Part shown: one piece after another, positions 10,960 to 22,060 of the stretch
How positions within the stretch are numbered: the first letter of the stretch is position 1
Layout of the letters: each line of letters starts with the position of its first letter
NCBI RefSeq assembly: GCF_963921235.1
Contig: NC_086097.1
Coordinates: forward strand, 26,414,001 to 26,478,000
DNA length: 64,000 nucleotides
Reading direction: 5' to 3'
Source of the DNA: Mobula hypostoma
Lineage: Eukaryota
Position numbers and translations under genes: made by a program
Notes under the pieces: model-generated
The model's input: the letters and a program-made list of their open reading frames with translations, nothing else
Told to the model about the DNA's origin: nothing
The model's database searches: none

Positions 10960-13900
10960 ATTACAACATTCTCGCGGAATGTTAAGGGCCTTGGTCATGT
11001 TGTTATGAGGGATAAAGTTTTTAGACATCTCAAATCTCTATCTGCAGATGTGATTTTTCTAAAGGAAACCCATATCAAAGTAACTGAGCAACGCAAATTG
11101 AGATCTAGCTGGATATCGCAGGTTCACCAGTCACCATTTACTTTTCATCCCCGTGGTGTTGCTATCCTCTTTAGGAAAAATATTCCATTTCAACTCACTT
11201 CCATGACCACAGATCCTCTCAGCAGGTTTATTATGATCTCTGGCACCGTTAATTCGTTTCCGCTAACCTTCCTTAATATTTATGGTCCAAACACAGACGA
11301 GCCAAATTTTTTTAGGAAAGTTTTTGATTTACTTCCGGATGCCAGTAATTCAAATATAATAATCGGCGGTGACTTGAATTGCTACCTGGATCCATATTTA
11401 GATAGATTGTCCTCCCACCCACCCTCAAATATTGTGTCAGTGCAGGTCCTAAATAATTTGATTAGATCTAGGAATTTAGTAGGTATTTGGCGAGTTCAAC
11501 ATCCCACCGACAAGGACTATTCTTATTATTCTCATGTACACAAATCTTATAGTAGAATAGACTATTTTTTGGTTGACTCTCATTTAATATCTCGTGTTAC
11601 CAATACAAAATATCATAATAGATTAATTTCTGACCATAGCCCCTTGACAATGTCCCTAAGTCTCTCCCCTTCCAAACAAATCTATTCCTGGCATTTTAAC
11701 CCCTCCCTACTCGCTAATAAGAAATTTATAGAATATATCACCACTAGATTAAAAGATTCTATAGAAATTAACGATAACAGCGAGGTGTCAGATTCCACAC
11801 TCTGGGAGACATTAAAAGTTGTAATTCGTGGGTCACTCATACCAACAATAAGAGAAAAACAACTCAGATTTCTAGGACACATCATGCGGAAAGATGAGCT
11901 AGATGCTCTCTGGAAAGATCCAGGGGAGCAAACCTAGAGGAAGACCTCAGCTTATGTACATCAAAAGCCTAGCCGGGTGGCTACACATCGAGGAAATGGA
12001 AGTCATTCAAAGAACGAAGGATAGATCTATATGGAAAACCATGGTTACCAACATCCGCATCGGATATGGTACCTAGACAGACAGACAGAATTCGTGGGTA
12101 TACAATTTCATATGAATCCGCTGCTAAGTGGGAGAGAGAAGGGCGATTATTAGAGATTGAGAATATTCTCCCAACCCTCGAAGCGACGTACCAGGCTTCG
12201 AAATCCTCTGAAGATTATAATAAAGTAATGAAGCTTAAATATGAGTACAACTGTATCCTGGGTAGTCAAATAAATAACCTCCTCTTAAAATTAAGACAAA
12301 AGCATTTTGAAATGGGGGACAAGCCTGAGGGGCTCCTGGCACGGCAGCTCAGGGGTGCCCAGGCCCTAAGGTCAATTCATTGCATTAGGTCGAGGGCAGG
12401 TACCCTGTTAACTAACCCCAAGGAGATAAATGACTGTTTTAAAGAACTTTACAGCGAACTCTACACCTCTAAATGCAATGCCACTCAATCTGATTTGAAT
12501 GACTTTTTTGATTCTCTTGCAATGCCGAGACTTAGTGACGCTGCTAGGGAGGACTTAGATTCTGACTTCACATTGGAAGAAATAACTTCTGCCATTAAGT
12601 CATTTCCGTCCGGCAAGGCTGCTGGGCCGGATGGATTTGGCTGTAAATTTTATAAGAAATTCTGTGATATCCTTGCCCCACTTCTCCTCAGAATGATATC
12701 TTGCTCTGAGAGAGATAAAGCCTTACCTAGGACATTGTATGAGGCTAACATTTCCCTCATTTTAAAGAAAGATAAAGAGGAAACAGACCCGGCCAGCTAT
12801 AGGCCCATTGCACTTCAGAATTTCGATAGAAAGGTAATTACTAAAATGCTGGCTAACCAACTAAATAAGTATTCGTCATCTATCGATCATCCTGATCAGA
12901 CAGGATTTGTCCCGGGTAGGTTCTCTTTTTCCAATGTCAGTTGCCTCCTTAATACTATCTACACTGATCATAGGAAAGCTAATGGGGCAGCAATTTTATC
13001 CCTTGATGCACAAAAGGCTTTTGACCAGATTGAGTGGCCTTACATGTTTGAGTCACTGTACAGGTTTGGGTTCGGGGAGTCATTTGTATTTTGGGTAAAA
13101 CTGATATATGCCAGCCCAATATGCTCTATCATAACTAATGGAGACAATTCAACTCTGTTTCCCCTACACCGTTCAGTCCAGCAGGGGTGCCCTCTCTCGC
13201 CGGCCCTTTTTGCCGTCGCGGTAGAGCCCCTTGCCCTAAAAATAAGAAGTCACCCAAATGTTCTGGGTTTGAAAGTGGGAGGTATTGAAACACTTATTAG
13301 TTTATATGCCAATGATGTCATACTCTACTTACAAAACTCAGAAAAGTCAGTCCCTCTTCTTCTAGATTTAGTCACCTCTTTTGGCAGACTATCGGGATAC
13401 TCAATCAATTGGACAAAAAGTGACTTTGTGCCCCTCTCCAACGACTACACGCGGGGTTTTTTGGCAAGTGTCCCATTCAAAGTAGTTAAAGATCACTTTA
13501 CTTATCTCGGTTTGACAATCCCCAAAGATCCTAAATTAATATTCAAACTAAACTTCGCAGAGTTTATTTCAAAACTTAAACAGAATATAGAATATAGAAT
13601 ATAGAAAGTTGGAAAACCCTACCTCTGTCCATGATTGGTCGCATAAATTCAATTAAAATGGTTTCCCTTCCGAGGTTTCTCTATCTTTGTCAAAATCTCC
13701 CCATTTTTCTTACATCAGCTTTCTTTAAAGAATTGGACTCTATCATATTGTCTTATATCTGGAATTATAAGAAACATAGGATTTCAAAAATTCATTTACA
13801 AAAGCCCTAGTCTGAAGGAGGGCTGGGATTACCTGTATTCAGATACTATTATTGGGCTGTCAATGCTAGGGCTTTAATGGTTTGGCAACAGGGGGCTCCG

Positions 13901-15070
13901 GATAATGTAGCCCCTGGGGCTCCCTTGTGGCTATGTATGGAGTCTAACTCTGTTGTCAATTCCTCCTTGCCAGCCATGCTGTTCTCTAAGTTAGAGAAGC
14001 CTGGGACTTCAAAAAGTTTGAGTTTTGTTTTGAAAAATTCCATCAGAATTCTAAATCAGATTAGGAGCGTTCTGAATTTACCAGAGATCTCTGTACAAAC
14101 ACCAATCTGTTTCAATCACTCCTTTGTACCCTGATGGTCAGATAAAACCTACCATGCTTGGAGAGAGAAGGGTCTAGTTTCTATTGAAGACCTGTACATA
14201 GAGGGACGGTTTGCAACATTTAGTCTGCTGAAAGAGAAATTTGAGCTGCCTCATTTGCTTTTTTTTCATTATTTACAAATTAGACACTACATTCAATCTA
14301 AGATTTGCAACTTCAAAATCCTACCAGGGAAACACATGTTTCTTGATATTTTAAAGAACCCTCCTGACTCCAGGCATCTCGTTTTTAAGTTTGTACGTTA
14401 GTTTGATAATTGCACTGTAGCGTCTACTGTGAAGATTAGAGACGCCTGGAGAGAGGAGTTGGGCATTGAATTATCTGAAGCTGCCTGGAATAAGTGTTTG
14501 TCTATAATACAGGCTTGTTCTGTTAACAGCAGGCACCAAATGATCCAGTTTAAAGTTGTCCACCGTCTCCATTACTCTAAACTTAGATTGCACAGGATTT
14601 ACTCTTCTGTCTCACCAATGTGTGATAGATGCCAAGGGACGGAAGCCACGTTGTCACACACCTTTTGGTTTTGCCCATTATTGACTGGATTTTGGTCCAA
14701 AATATTCGACTGGTACTCAAAGGCCTATAAAAGATCCTTCCCCTTGGAAGCTGGTCTCGCTATATTTGGCTGCTCGCAATCTACTATTTGTTTCCCTGCA
14801 GCCATACAACAGTCTCTGCTGCTGGGGATGATTGTTGCCAAAAGACTTATCTTGAGGGAATGGAAATCACCTTCTCCCCCTTCCTTTCGGAGATGGATGG
14901 CTGATACGGTCTCAGTCATACAGATGGAAAAACTTAGGTTCTTGAGAACCAGTTCAATTAAAAATTTTTCGGCTATCTGGGATCCATTTCTTGCCTACCT
15001 GGACGAGGCCGGGGGATGGATGAGCAATTTCCCCCCAGCTGATTCCTCACGGCCCTCATTTGAGATTTAA
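10960..15070 (+). pseudogene. L1 ORF2: APE endonuclease, reverse transcriptase and C-terminal Cys/His domain, disrupted
   Basis: NVKGL, FLKETH, NIYGPN, IGGDLN, SRIDYF, SDHSP (endonuclease); KAAGPDGF, SYRPIAL, LSLDAQKAFD, QQGCPLSPALF, LYANDV (YADD mutated), YLG (RT); CDRC..HTFWFC. Several stops and frameshifts. Confidence 0.93.
11834..12088 (+). mobile_element. RTE-clade LINE 3' end inserted in L1 ORF2
   Basis: IREKQLRFLGHIMRKD..GKIQGSKPRGRP..DRSIWKTMV is an RTE C-terminus; (GACA)n tail; 11-bp TSD aattcgtgggt at 11823-11833 and 12089-12099. Confidence 0.9.
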
Positions 15071-15349
15071 TGTTTAGTATTTTTGAGCACTTTGTACAAT
15101 AGGTATCCCTCTAATGTTATGTCTTTTATATTGCTTATTTCTTTTTTATACATGTCTGAGCTGGTATGTTTTTGTTGATTTCATTGTTCTTTTTGAAAAT
15201 TTTGAAAATAAAGTATTAAAAAAAGGTGGAAAATATGTGCTAGCAAATGCAGGAGTAGAAAAAATTGGCTCTTCATTCTTGCAGGGGAGGTGAAGTCACT
15301 AAACAGTTATTTTATTTATTCTTCTCCATTGCACTCTATATCCCAATTC

Positions 15350-15716
15350 ATAGAGCACTACAGAACAGAAATGGGCTCTTCGGCCCATCCAGTCCAAACT
15401 ATTATTCTGCTCCTGGACTGCAGCCCTCCATACCACTCCCATCCATGTACTTATCCACATGTGTCTTAAATGTTCAAGTCCAACCTTCACCAGCCTCTTC
15501 CGCAGGCAACTTGCTCCATATTCTCATCACCCTCTGAGTGAAGAAATTCCCTTCCATATTCCTCTTAAATATTTCACCTTTACCTTTAACCCCTGACCTC
15601 TAGTTCAGTGGGAAAAGCCTGCTCGCATTTAACCTATCTATACCCCTCATAATTTTGCACACCTCTATCAAATCTCTCCTCATTCTCCTACACTCCAGGG
15701 AATAAAGCCCTAACCT
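15350..15716 (-). mobile_element. CR1 3' end
   Basis: Reverse complement of the CR1 ORF2 tail and 3'UTR (ttcggcccatc..., cacctctatcaaatctctcctcattc). Confidence 0.75.
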
Positions 15717-15811
15717 AATGTTGACCTTCTGAATTCTGTTTATCAATAAATTAAAAATGGTGGGATGTCCAATCACACTAAACAGGAATTGTGGGAATAC
15801 TTCACAACTAG

Positions 15812-16372
15812 CTATACTTTATTGTCGCCAAACAATTGGTACTAGAACGTACAATCATCACAGCGATATTTGATTCTGCGCTTCACACTCCCTGGATTAC
15901 AAATATTAAATATTAAAAATATTAAACATAGTTAAAATTAGAAATACTAAAAATTTAAATTATAAATCATAAATAGAAAATAGAAAAATGGGAAGTAAGG
16001 CAGTGCAAAAAAACCAAGAGGCAGGTCCGGATATATGGAGGGTATGGCCCAGATCCGGGTCAGGATCCGTTCAGCGGTCTTATCACAGTTGGAAAGAAGC
16101 TGTTCCCAAATCTGGCCATACGAGTCTTCAAGGTCCTGAACCTTCTCCCAGAGGGAAGAGGGTCAAAAAGCCTGTTGGCTTGGTGGGTCATGTCCTTGAT
16201 TATCCTGGCAGCGTGTGATGTAAAGTGAGTCCACGGACGGTAGATTGGTTTGTGTGATGCGCTGAGCCGTGTTCACGATCTTCTGCAGCTTCTTTCGGTC
16301 TTGGACAGGACAACTTCCATATCAGGTTGTGATGCACCCTAGAAGAATGCTTTCTATGGTGCATCTATAAAA
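15812..16372 (-). mobile_element. Rex1/Babar-type LINE 3' end
   Basis: Reverse complement contains ..ttgaagactcgtatggccagatttgggaacagcttctttccaactgtgataaga, a Rex-like C-terminus, followed by an AATAAA-containing tail. Confidence 0.7.
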
Positions 16373-16971
16373 ATAGATAGCATCATAGAGCACAGATTAA
16401 GGTTCTGTGTTGTACTATGACACTTTATGGAGTGTCATATAATGTCACAGAGCAACATGACACTATTACTCTAGTGCTAATGAGTCCTTTCCGACCCAAC
16501 TAGTCCCAATTTCCAGTGAGTCCAGCAAATTCCTATACACCCAACAATGAAAAATCAAGCTGAAACTAAAATAGAGCTTACTTTCAGCACAGATAAGATG
16601 GGCTGAAGGGCCTATTGCCGTGCCCTATGACTATGCTCCGAATCGTATACATTGATTTATTTTAATTAAAGTAGTCCAAGTTTATACAGTCTTGATTGAA
16701 ATTAAAACTGCATGGCTATGATTTATTGCAAGAAGCCTTCCAGATTTATTTCTTTTTCACAGTCTCTCTGTCACAAGATAACCTTTAATTGGAACAGTAT
16801 GTAGAAGAAAAAGACCACTGTCCACAATCACCTTGTTCTTCAGTTAGCTGTCAGGATGCACAAGTGCAACTACTCCCAACTCTTCCACTACACACTGCAG
16901 CAGGGGGACTGGTCTCTTGCCACTCTCTTAACAGGCAAGACAATGGCTGAAACCAAGCATTAGCAATAAAG

Positions 16972-17190
16972 CAAACACAAGGAAATCTGCAGATGCTGGA
17001 ATTTCAAGCAACATACATAAAAGTTGCTGGTGAACGCAGCAGGCCAGGCAGCATCTCTAGGAAGAGGTGCAGTTGACGTTTCGGGCCAAGACCCTTCGTG
17101 ACGAAGGGTCTCGGCCTGAAACGTCGACGGTACCTCTTCCTATAGATGCTGCCTGGCTTGCTGCGTACACCAGCAACTTTTATGTGTGTT
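16972..17190. mobile_element. Palindromic (fold-back) Penelope pLTR insertion with 13-bp TSD
   Basis: Arms of about 90 bp form a near-perfect inverted repeat centred on CCCTTCGT-G-ACGAAGGG (17100); TSD ATTAGCAATAAAG at 16959-16971 and 17191-17203. Confidence 0.92.
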
Positions 17191-17954
17191 ATTAGCAATA
17201 AAGTCAACTATTGGCATCAATCCAGCCTCTTTGACTAGTTACAGAATCAAAATCAGATATAGGTTTATTATCACTGATATCTGTCAAGAAATGAGTTGTT
17301 TTGCAGCAGCAGTACATACTACAAATTACAATATATGCATTTCAAAGAGAGAACAAAAATACTGAGGTAAGGTTCACGGACCGTTCAGAAATCTGACGGC
17401 AGAGGAGAAGAAGCTTTTCCTAAAACATTTAGTGTGTGTTTTCAGGCTCCTGAATCTTCTTCCTGATAGTAGTGACGAGAAGAGGGTGGTGGGGATCTTT
17501 AATGATGGATGCCTCCTTTTTGAGGCATCACCTTTTGAAGATGTCCTTAATTTTGGGGAGAGCAATGCCCATGATGGAAATTTAAAACAATAGTTGAGAA
17601 TCAAAGTTAAAACTGTCAAATATCATTATTTAATCAGAACAAGATCAGCAGATGCAATGATTACATCACTAAAAACTGCAGCTGCTGAACATGAACTTTG
17701 ATTTGATTTTGATTTTCATTTGTAACTAAATGTTACTGCTCAGTTTAAGTACTGCAAAAAAAGTCTAGGGATGAATAATAAGCAAAACAAGGAGGAAAAG
17801 GAGGAAATCTTGCAAAAATATTGGTTCTTTTACTACACACTATTGCTAATCCATTTAGTAATATAAAGTACTTTTTTTAAAAAGAAGTACTCAGTTCATA
17901 CCATTTAACTGAGAGATATTAAAGTGCATGATACAACTGGATAATAATGCTGAA

Positions 17955-18580
17955 AACAGCGGGAGGAGAGAACGCAGCGCACCACACGTGCACAGCCCTC
18001 CGGTGAAAAATGATATTGTATCCGTTAAATAGGGGCCGTGGACAATTCTGATTTGATGGAGAGGGACGTGAAAGCACAGAGGAACATCTGGAGAAATTTC
18101 TGAAACGCTCGTTCGCTGCTGTCGTTACTGCGTGGTCGGGAATCTTTCGGAGGGTAGGCCTCAAAATCCCCGGCTTTGCCTGCTGTTGGCGACTGAGATT
18201 GAGGTCGAATTGCTCAGACAGAGATGGCGCTCAGTACTCGGTGTCGGACAGCTGATCAGAGCTCAAAGTTTTCGGATGACTCAGAGTCGGACTGTGGCCG
18301 GCATGGCAGGGAGAGTTTTTCTTCCTTCTCCCGTCTGCGTGAGATGAGGGACATTTGAGAGACTTTGAACTTTTACTGTGCTCATGGACTTCTTCATCAA
18401 GTTATGGTATTGTTGCACTGTTGTAACTATATGTTATAATTATGTGGTTTTGTCAGTTTTTTCATTCTTGGTCTGTCCTGTATTTTGTGATATCACACCA
18501 GAGGAAATATCGTATCATTTCTTAATGCATGCATTACTAAATGACAATAAAAGAGGACTGCGTGTCTTCATAGTCTAATT
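17955..18580 (+). mobile_element. CpG-rich, apparently non-coding retroelement (SINE-like) with Rex-type AATAAA/(TCTAA) tail
   Basis: 3' end shared with the copy at 380-701; CpG-rich body unlike the AT-rich flanks; no convincing ORF. Confidence 0.65.
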
Positions 18581-19030
18581 AATACACTTAACAAGCAACA
18601 GTTTTTGATAATTTCTTACAGCATATGGAAGTACATAGAAGATATTTTATTAAGCATAATACAAAATTAATGGCACTACAACAGTCAATTCTGTGGTCTG
18701 ATATTAAATCCAAGACACATGTTTCTAAATGACAGAGCAGAAGTTTACTCTAAAAATTAACAATATTTACTTGTGCAGGCTTACAGATCTGTAAACAATC
18801 CTCTCAAGGTATAAACTTCAGCAGATGGTAGAGATCTGGTTTTCTGTCCATGAATATGCTGGAATTGAAGAAACAAGGGGCACCACCAAACTGTGAAACA
18901 TGATTTTAAATCAACCATATGGACAAGACTGCCTATTTAAGAGTGGGATGAGTTATAACAAAATAACTTGCTATTCGTTGTCCGTTTGGGAATGGCTTTA
19001 AAAACTGCACCTTCTCCACCACCGCCTCAG

Positions 19031-19335
19031 GGCGGCATGGTCATGTTTGCAGCAGCAGCTGGAAGACTGGGGTTTGATACCTGCCGCTGCCTGTAAGGAA
19101 TTTATACGTTCTCCCCGCGACCATGCGGGTTTCTTATGGGTGCTCTGGTTTCCACCCATATTCCAAAGACATACAATTAGGGTAGACTAGTTGAAGGCAT
19201 ACTACGTTAGCACCAAAAGCCTGGTGACACTTGTGGGCTGCCCTAGCACATCCTCGCTGATTTGATTTGATGCAAAAATGAAGCACTTCACTGTATGTTT
19301 CTACATACATGTGATAAATAAAGCTAATCTTTAAT
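19031..19335 (+). mobile_element. tRNA-derived core SINE (V-SINE-like); relatives at about 22490-22660(-), 45520-45800(+) and 46515-46820(-)
   Basis: B-box-like ggggtttgatacc, then core tgtaaggaatttatacgttctccccg.gacc..gcgggtttc..gggtgctctggtttcc.ccca.attccaaagac, and an AATAAA tail. Confidence 0.65.
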
Positions 19336-19896
19336 CCTCCTTCACTCCCCTTGCATAGCCATACTTTTTACCCAATCCATTTTATCACTGAATTATATAC
19401 CATTTACCTCATTAACTCTGAAAGAAAATGTTTGCTGTAGAAAATTACATTGAAGCTCCTAGCATTCCAGGTTTGAAAATTCTCCATTATTGCGGAATAA
19501 ATGGTGGTTGATTTGTGTGAGAAATTAGCTCAAATGGGAAGATTAATAATCCTACTGCTTTACAGAAACACTATTTTTTCAAGAACTTTTACTGTTTAAT
19601 GCCAAGGGTTTGACTGTACATACATCACAAGCACTCCAATTTTACGTTTTCTCCCCACCCCCCCAACCAATGTATTCTAGCTTTACTGAATCCCATTTTG
19701 TTTTAATCTTCCAGAGAAAGCTGACCACAAACTGTCATTTCCGATAAAGCACGTTCCTGTGGGTATTTACAAAGATGATGTGATGGTAGGGGGAATGGCT
19801 TGGAGTGGGCAGGGGAAGAAATAACAAGCAAAAAGCATAGACAATTCTCGAGACAAAAAGAAGGCTGAAAGTCGGCTGAAGTCATATGGGGAAAAT

Positions 19897-20053
19897 GTTG
19901 TCAAGGCAATGGTGTATTTCCACATGCTAACGGCCTGTCCATTTGCCAGGCGACAAAACAGAACTCGTGATGCAACTGCACCTGTCTCAGCTATGTGTTG
20001 CTATGACAACCTTCCAGCTTCCATGGTTACCACAACGCTAATCACCTAGCGAG
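19897..20053. promoter_or_regulatory. Cluster of RFX X-box-like motifs (candidate intronic enhancer)
   Basis: GTTGTCAAGGCAAT 19897, TTGCCAGGCGAC 19943, GTTGCTATGACAAC 19997, GCTTCCATGGTTAC 20017, weak ATCACCTAGCGAG 20041, all in non-repetitive DNA. Confidence 0.55.
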
Positions 20054-20244
20054 GCAGATGTACGGCATTCTCCTTCTAAACCCAGCTGTGCATTCAAATC
20101 TCCACTTTGATGACTGACGGACTAAGCATGTGATGGAATGTGCTTTAACCCAGTAACAAGACAATACATTCCCCCATCGTCCTGCTCCAAAACAGCTGCT
20201 GACTGAAACCAGATATCACCACGCGGAGTTTCAACACAGGCCAA

Positions 20245-20808
20245 AAGATATAGGAGCAGAATTAGGCCATTCAGCCCATCAAGAATGCTCCGCCACTCAA
20301 TGACTGATTTATCATTACTCTCAACCACATTCTCCTGCCCTCCCTACGTAACCATTGATGCCCTTACAACCTACCACCTCCACCATAAATATACCCAATA
20401 ACTTGGCCTCCACAGCCATCTGTGGCAACATATTCTACAGATTCACCACCCCCAGCTAAAGAAATTCCTCCTCATCTCTGTTCTAAAGGGATGCCCTTGT
20501 ATTCTGAGGCTGTGCCCTCTGGTCATAGACTCCCCCACTATCAGAAACATCCTCTCCACCTCTGTTCTATCAAGGCCTTTCAATATTTGGTAGGTTTCAA
20601 TGAGATCTCTCTTCATTCTTCTAAATTCCAGTGAGTACAGGCCCAGAGCTATCAAATGCTTCTTGTATGTTAATCTTTTCATTCCCAGGATCATTCTCAT
20701 AAGCTTCCTCTTGACCTTCTCCAATGCCAGCACATCCTCTCTCAGATAAGGGGCCCAACATTGCTCACTATACTCCAAATGTGGTCTGACCAATACCTTA
20801 TAAAGCTT
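20245..20808 (-). mobile_element. CR1 3' end
   Basis: ORF 20443-20859: LYKVLVRPHLEYSEQCWAPY..RGHSLRIQGHPFRTEMRRNFF. Confidence 0.88.
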
Positions 20809-20974
20809 CAGCTTCTGATCTCTTACTTGTACACTCATAGGTAAGAGCAAATATTTCATGCCCCCACCCTCCCCATTCTAGTCGCTCAAGCAATGCAAGT
20901 CTGATTCGCGTCCACTTCCCCCACCTTCATTTCTGAGCACCTGAGTAAACGTGACACCACACTGACATGCTTAC

Positions 20975-21111
20975 CTGTGATATCCCCTCGGGGAAGTTGG
21001 AGGCGTGTTAAAAACATGAGAGTAGGGATGATAGGGCGTCTTTTTCAATGCTTGAATAAGGTTTTGTCTGTATTCTGGATCTATACACCACAAGGAGCCC
21101 TTCCCAATACT
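20975..21111 (-). CDS. FOXN3: Internal coding exon of forkhead box protein N3 (C-terminal end of the forkhead domain)
   Basis: Translates [45 protein letters not shown], matching my recollection of vertebrate FOXN3/CHES1 (FOXN2 reads WCVDPEYKPNL). Flanked by a polypyrimidine acceptor ttcctgcag|AGT at 21111 and donor CAG|gtaagc at 20975. Length 137 nt, phase 0 to 2. No other FOXN3 exon recognised in the window. Confidence 0.93.
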
Positions 21112-21329
21112 CTGCAGGAACAAAGAAAACAAAGGGTCATAAATAGCACATTTCAAAAGTTAATACAGCCATGCAATAATCTATTTTCCAAATGCTGCAT
21201 TAAAAATACACATACATTTTGTTTAAGAGAAAGCACTTGTGAATATTAACAACTTCCAGGTGTGTAAAGAAGGAGGTTAGGCTTAAACAAATTGGTAAAA
21301 TCCATGTCAGTGTAATTCATAAACTATGG

Positions 21330-22060
21330 AAATTCTGCAGGTGGAAATCCCGAACAACACACAAAGGCTGGAGGAGCTCAGCGGATCAGGCAGCATCTAT
21401 GGAGGTGAATAAACAGTTGACGTAGTTGACGTTTCAGCCCAAGACTCTTCATCAGGACTGGAAAGGTGGGGGGGGGGGGCGCAGAGGCCAGTATAATAAG
21501 AAGGTGGGGGAAGAGGAAGGAATACAAAGCTGGCAGGTGATAGGTGAGACCAGGTGAGGGGAAGTGGGTGGGTGGGGAAGCAGGTATGAAATAAGAAGCT
21601 AGCAGGTGCTAGGTGGAAGAGATAAAGGACTTAAAGAAGGAAGAATCTGATTGGAGAGGACAGTGGACCATGGGAGAAGGAAGGAGGAAGGGAATCAGAG
21701 GGAGGTGATAGGCAGGAGAAGAGAAGGGGTAATGGGGCAATCAGAATGGGGAATGGAAAAACTCAACATTTATTCCCCTCCATAGATGCAGCCTGACTTG
21801 CTGAGTTCCTTTCAGTGTTTTGTGCGTGTTGCAAGTCAATGTAATTGTTGAGTGATGACACAAGGGACTGCAGATGCTGGAATCTGGAGCAAGAAACAGA
21901 CTGCTAGAGGTACTGTACTCAGCGGGCTGAGCAGCATCTATGGAGGCAAAGGGATGGTTGGCATTTCGACAGTGTCCTGACCCTAAACGTTAACCATCCC
22001 TTCCCTCTGCAGATGCTGCCTGACCCATTGAGTTCTTCCAGCAACTTGTTTATTGCTAAA
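21330..22060. mobile_element. Two adjacent Penelope pLTR-derived insertions (minus-strand 3'UTR/pLTR with a short inverted arm; a second fold-back copy at 21860-22060)
   Basis: Minus-strand hammerhead cagtcCTGATGAagagtcttgggctGAAAcgtcaact at 21424-21460; purine-rich UTR complement; inverted pLTR arms. Confidence 0.8.

Larger units (their letters stand above)
8878..15221 (+). mobile_element. Full-length, decayed L1-clade LINE, antisense to FOXN3
   Basis: G-rich 5' end; ORF1, ORF2, AATAAA at 15207-15212 and short A tail; TSD aaaggtggaaaa(a)tatg at 8861-8877 and 15222-15237. Confidence 0.95.

Noticed and set aside
10843..13604. 364-aa and 512-aa ORFs as two genes
   Set aside because: They are pieces of one L1 ORF2 split by an RTE insertion, and the RT catalytic motif is mutated (YAND).
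16895..16912. CTCF-like motif ctgcagcagggggactgg
   Set aside because: A single imperfect match with no supporting evidence.
1..20970. Next FOXN3 exon (expected TSGPPIWPGS-like peptide)
   Set aside because: Not found by eye; it probably lies outside the window, but a short diverged exon could have been missed. tBLASTn or RNA-seq would settle it.
20971..21156. 61-aa ORF as a complete small protein
   Set aside because: The first 15 codons are intronic polypyrimidine tract and the stop lies in the donor GTAA; it is a spliced FOXN3 exon.
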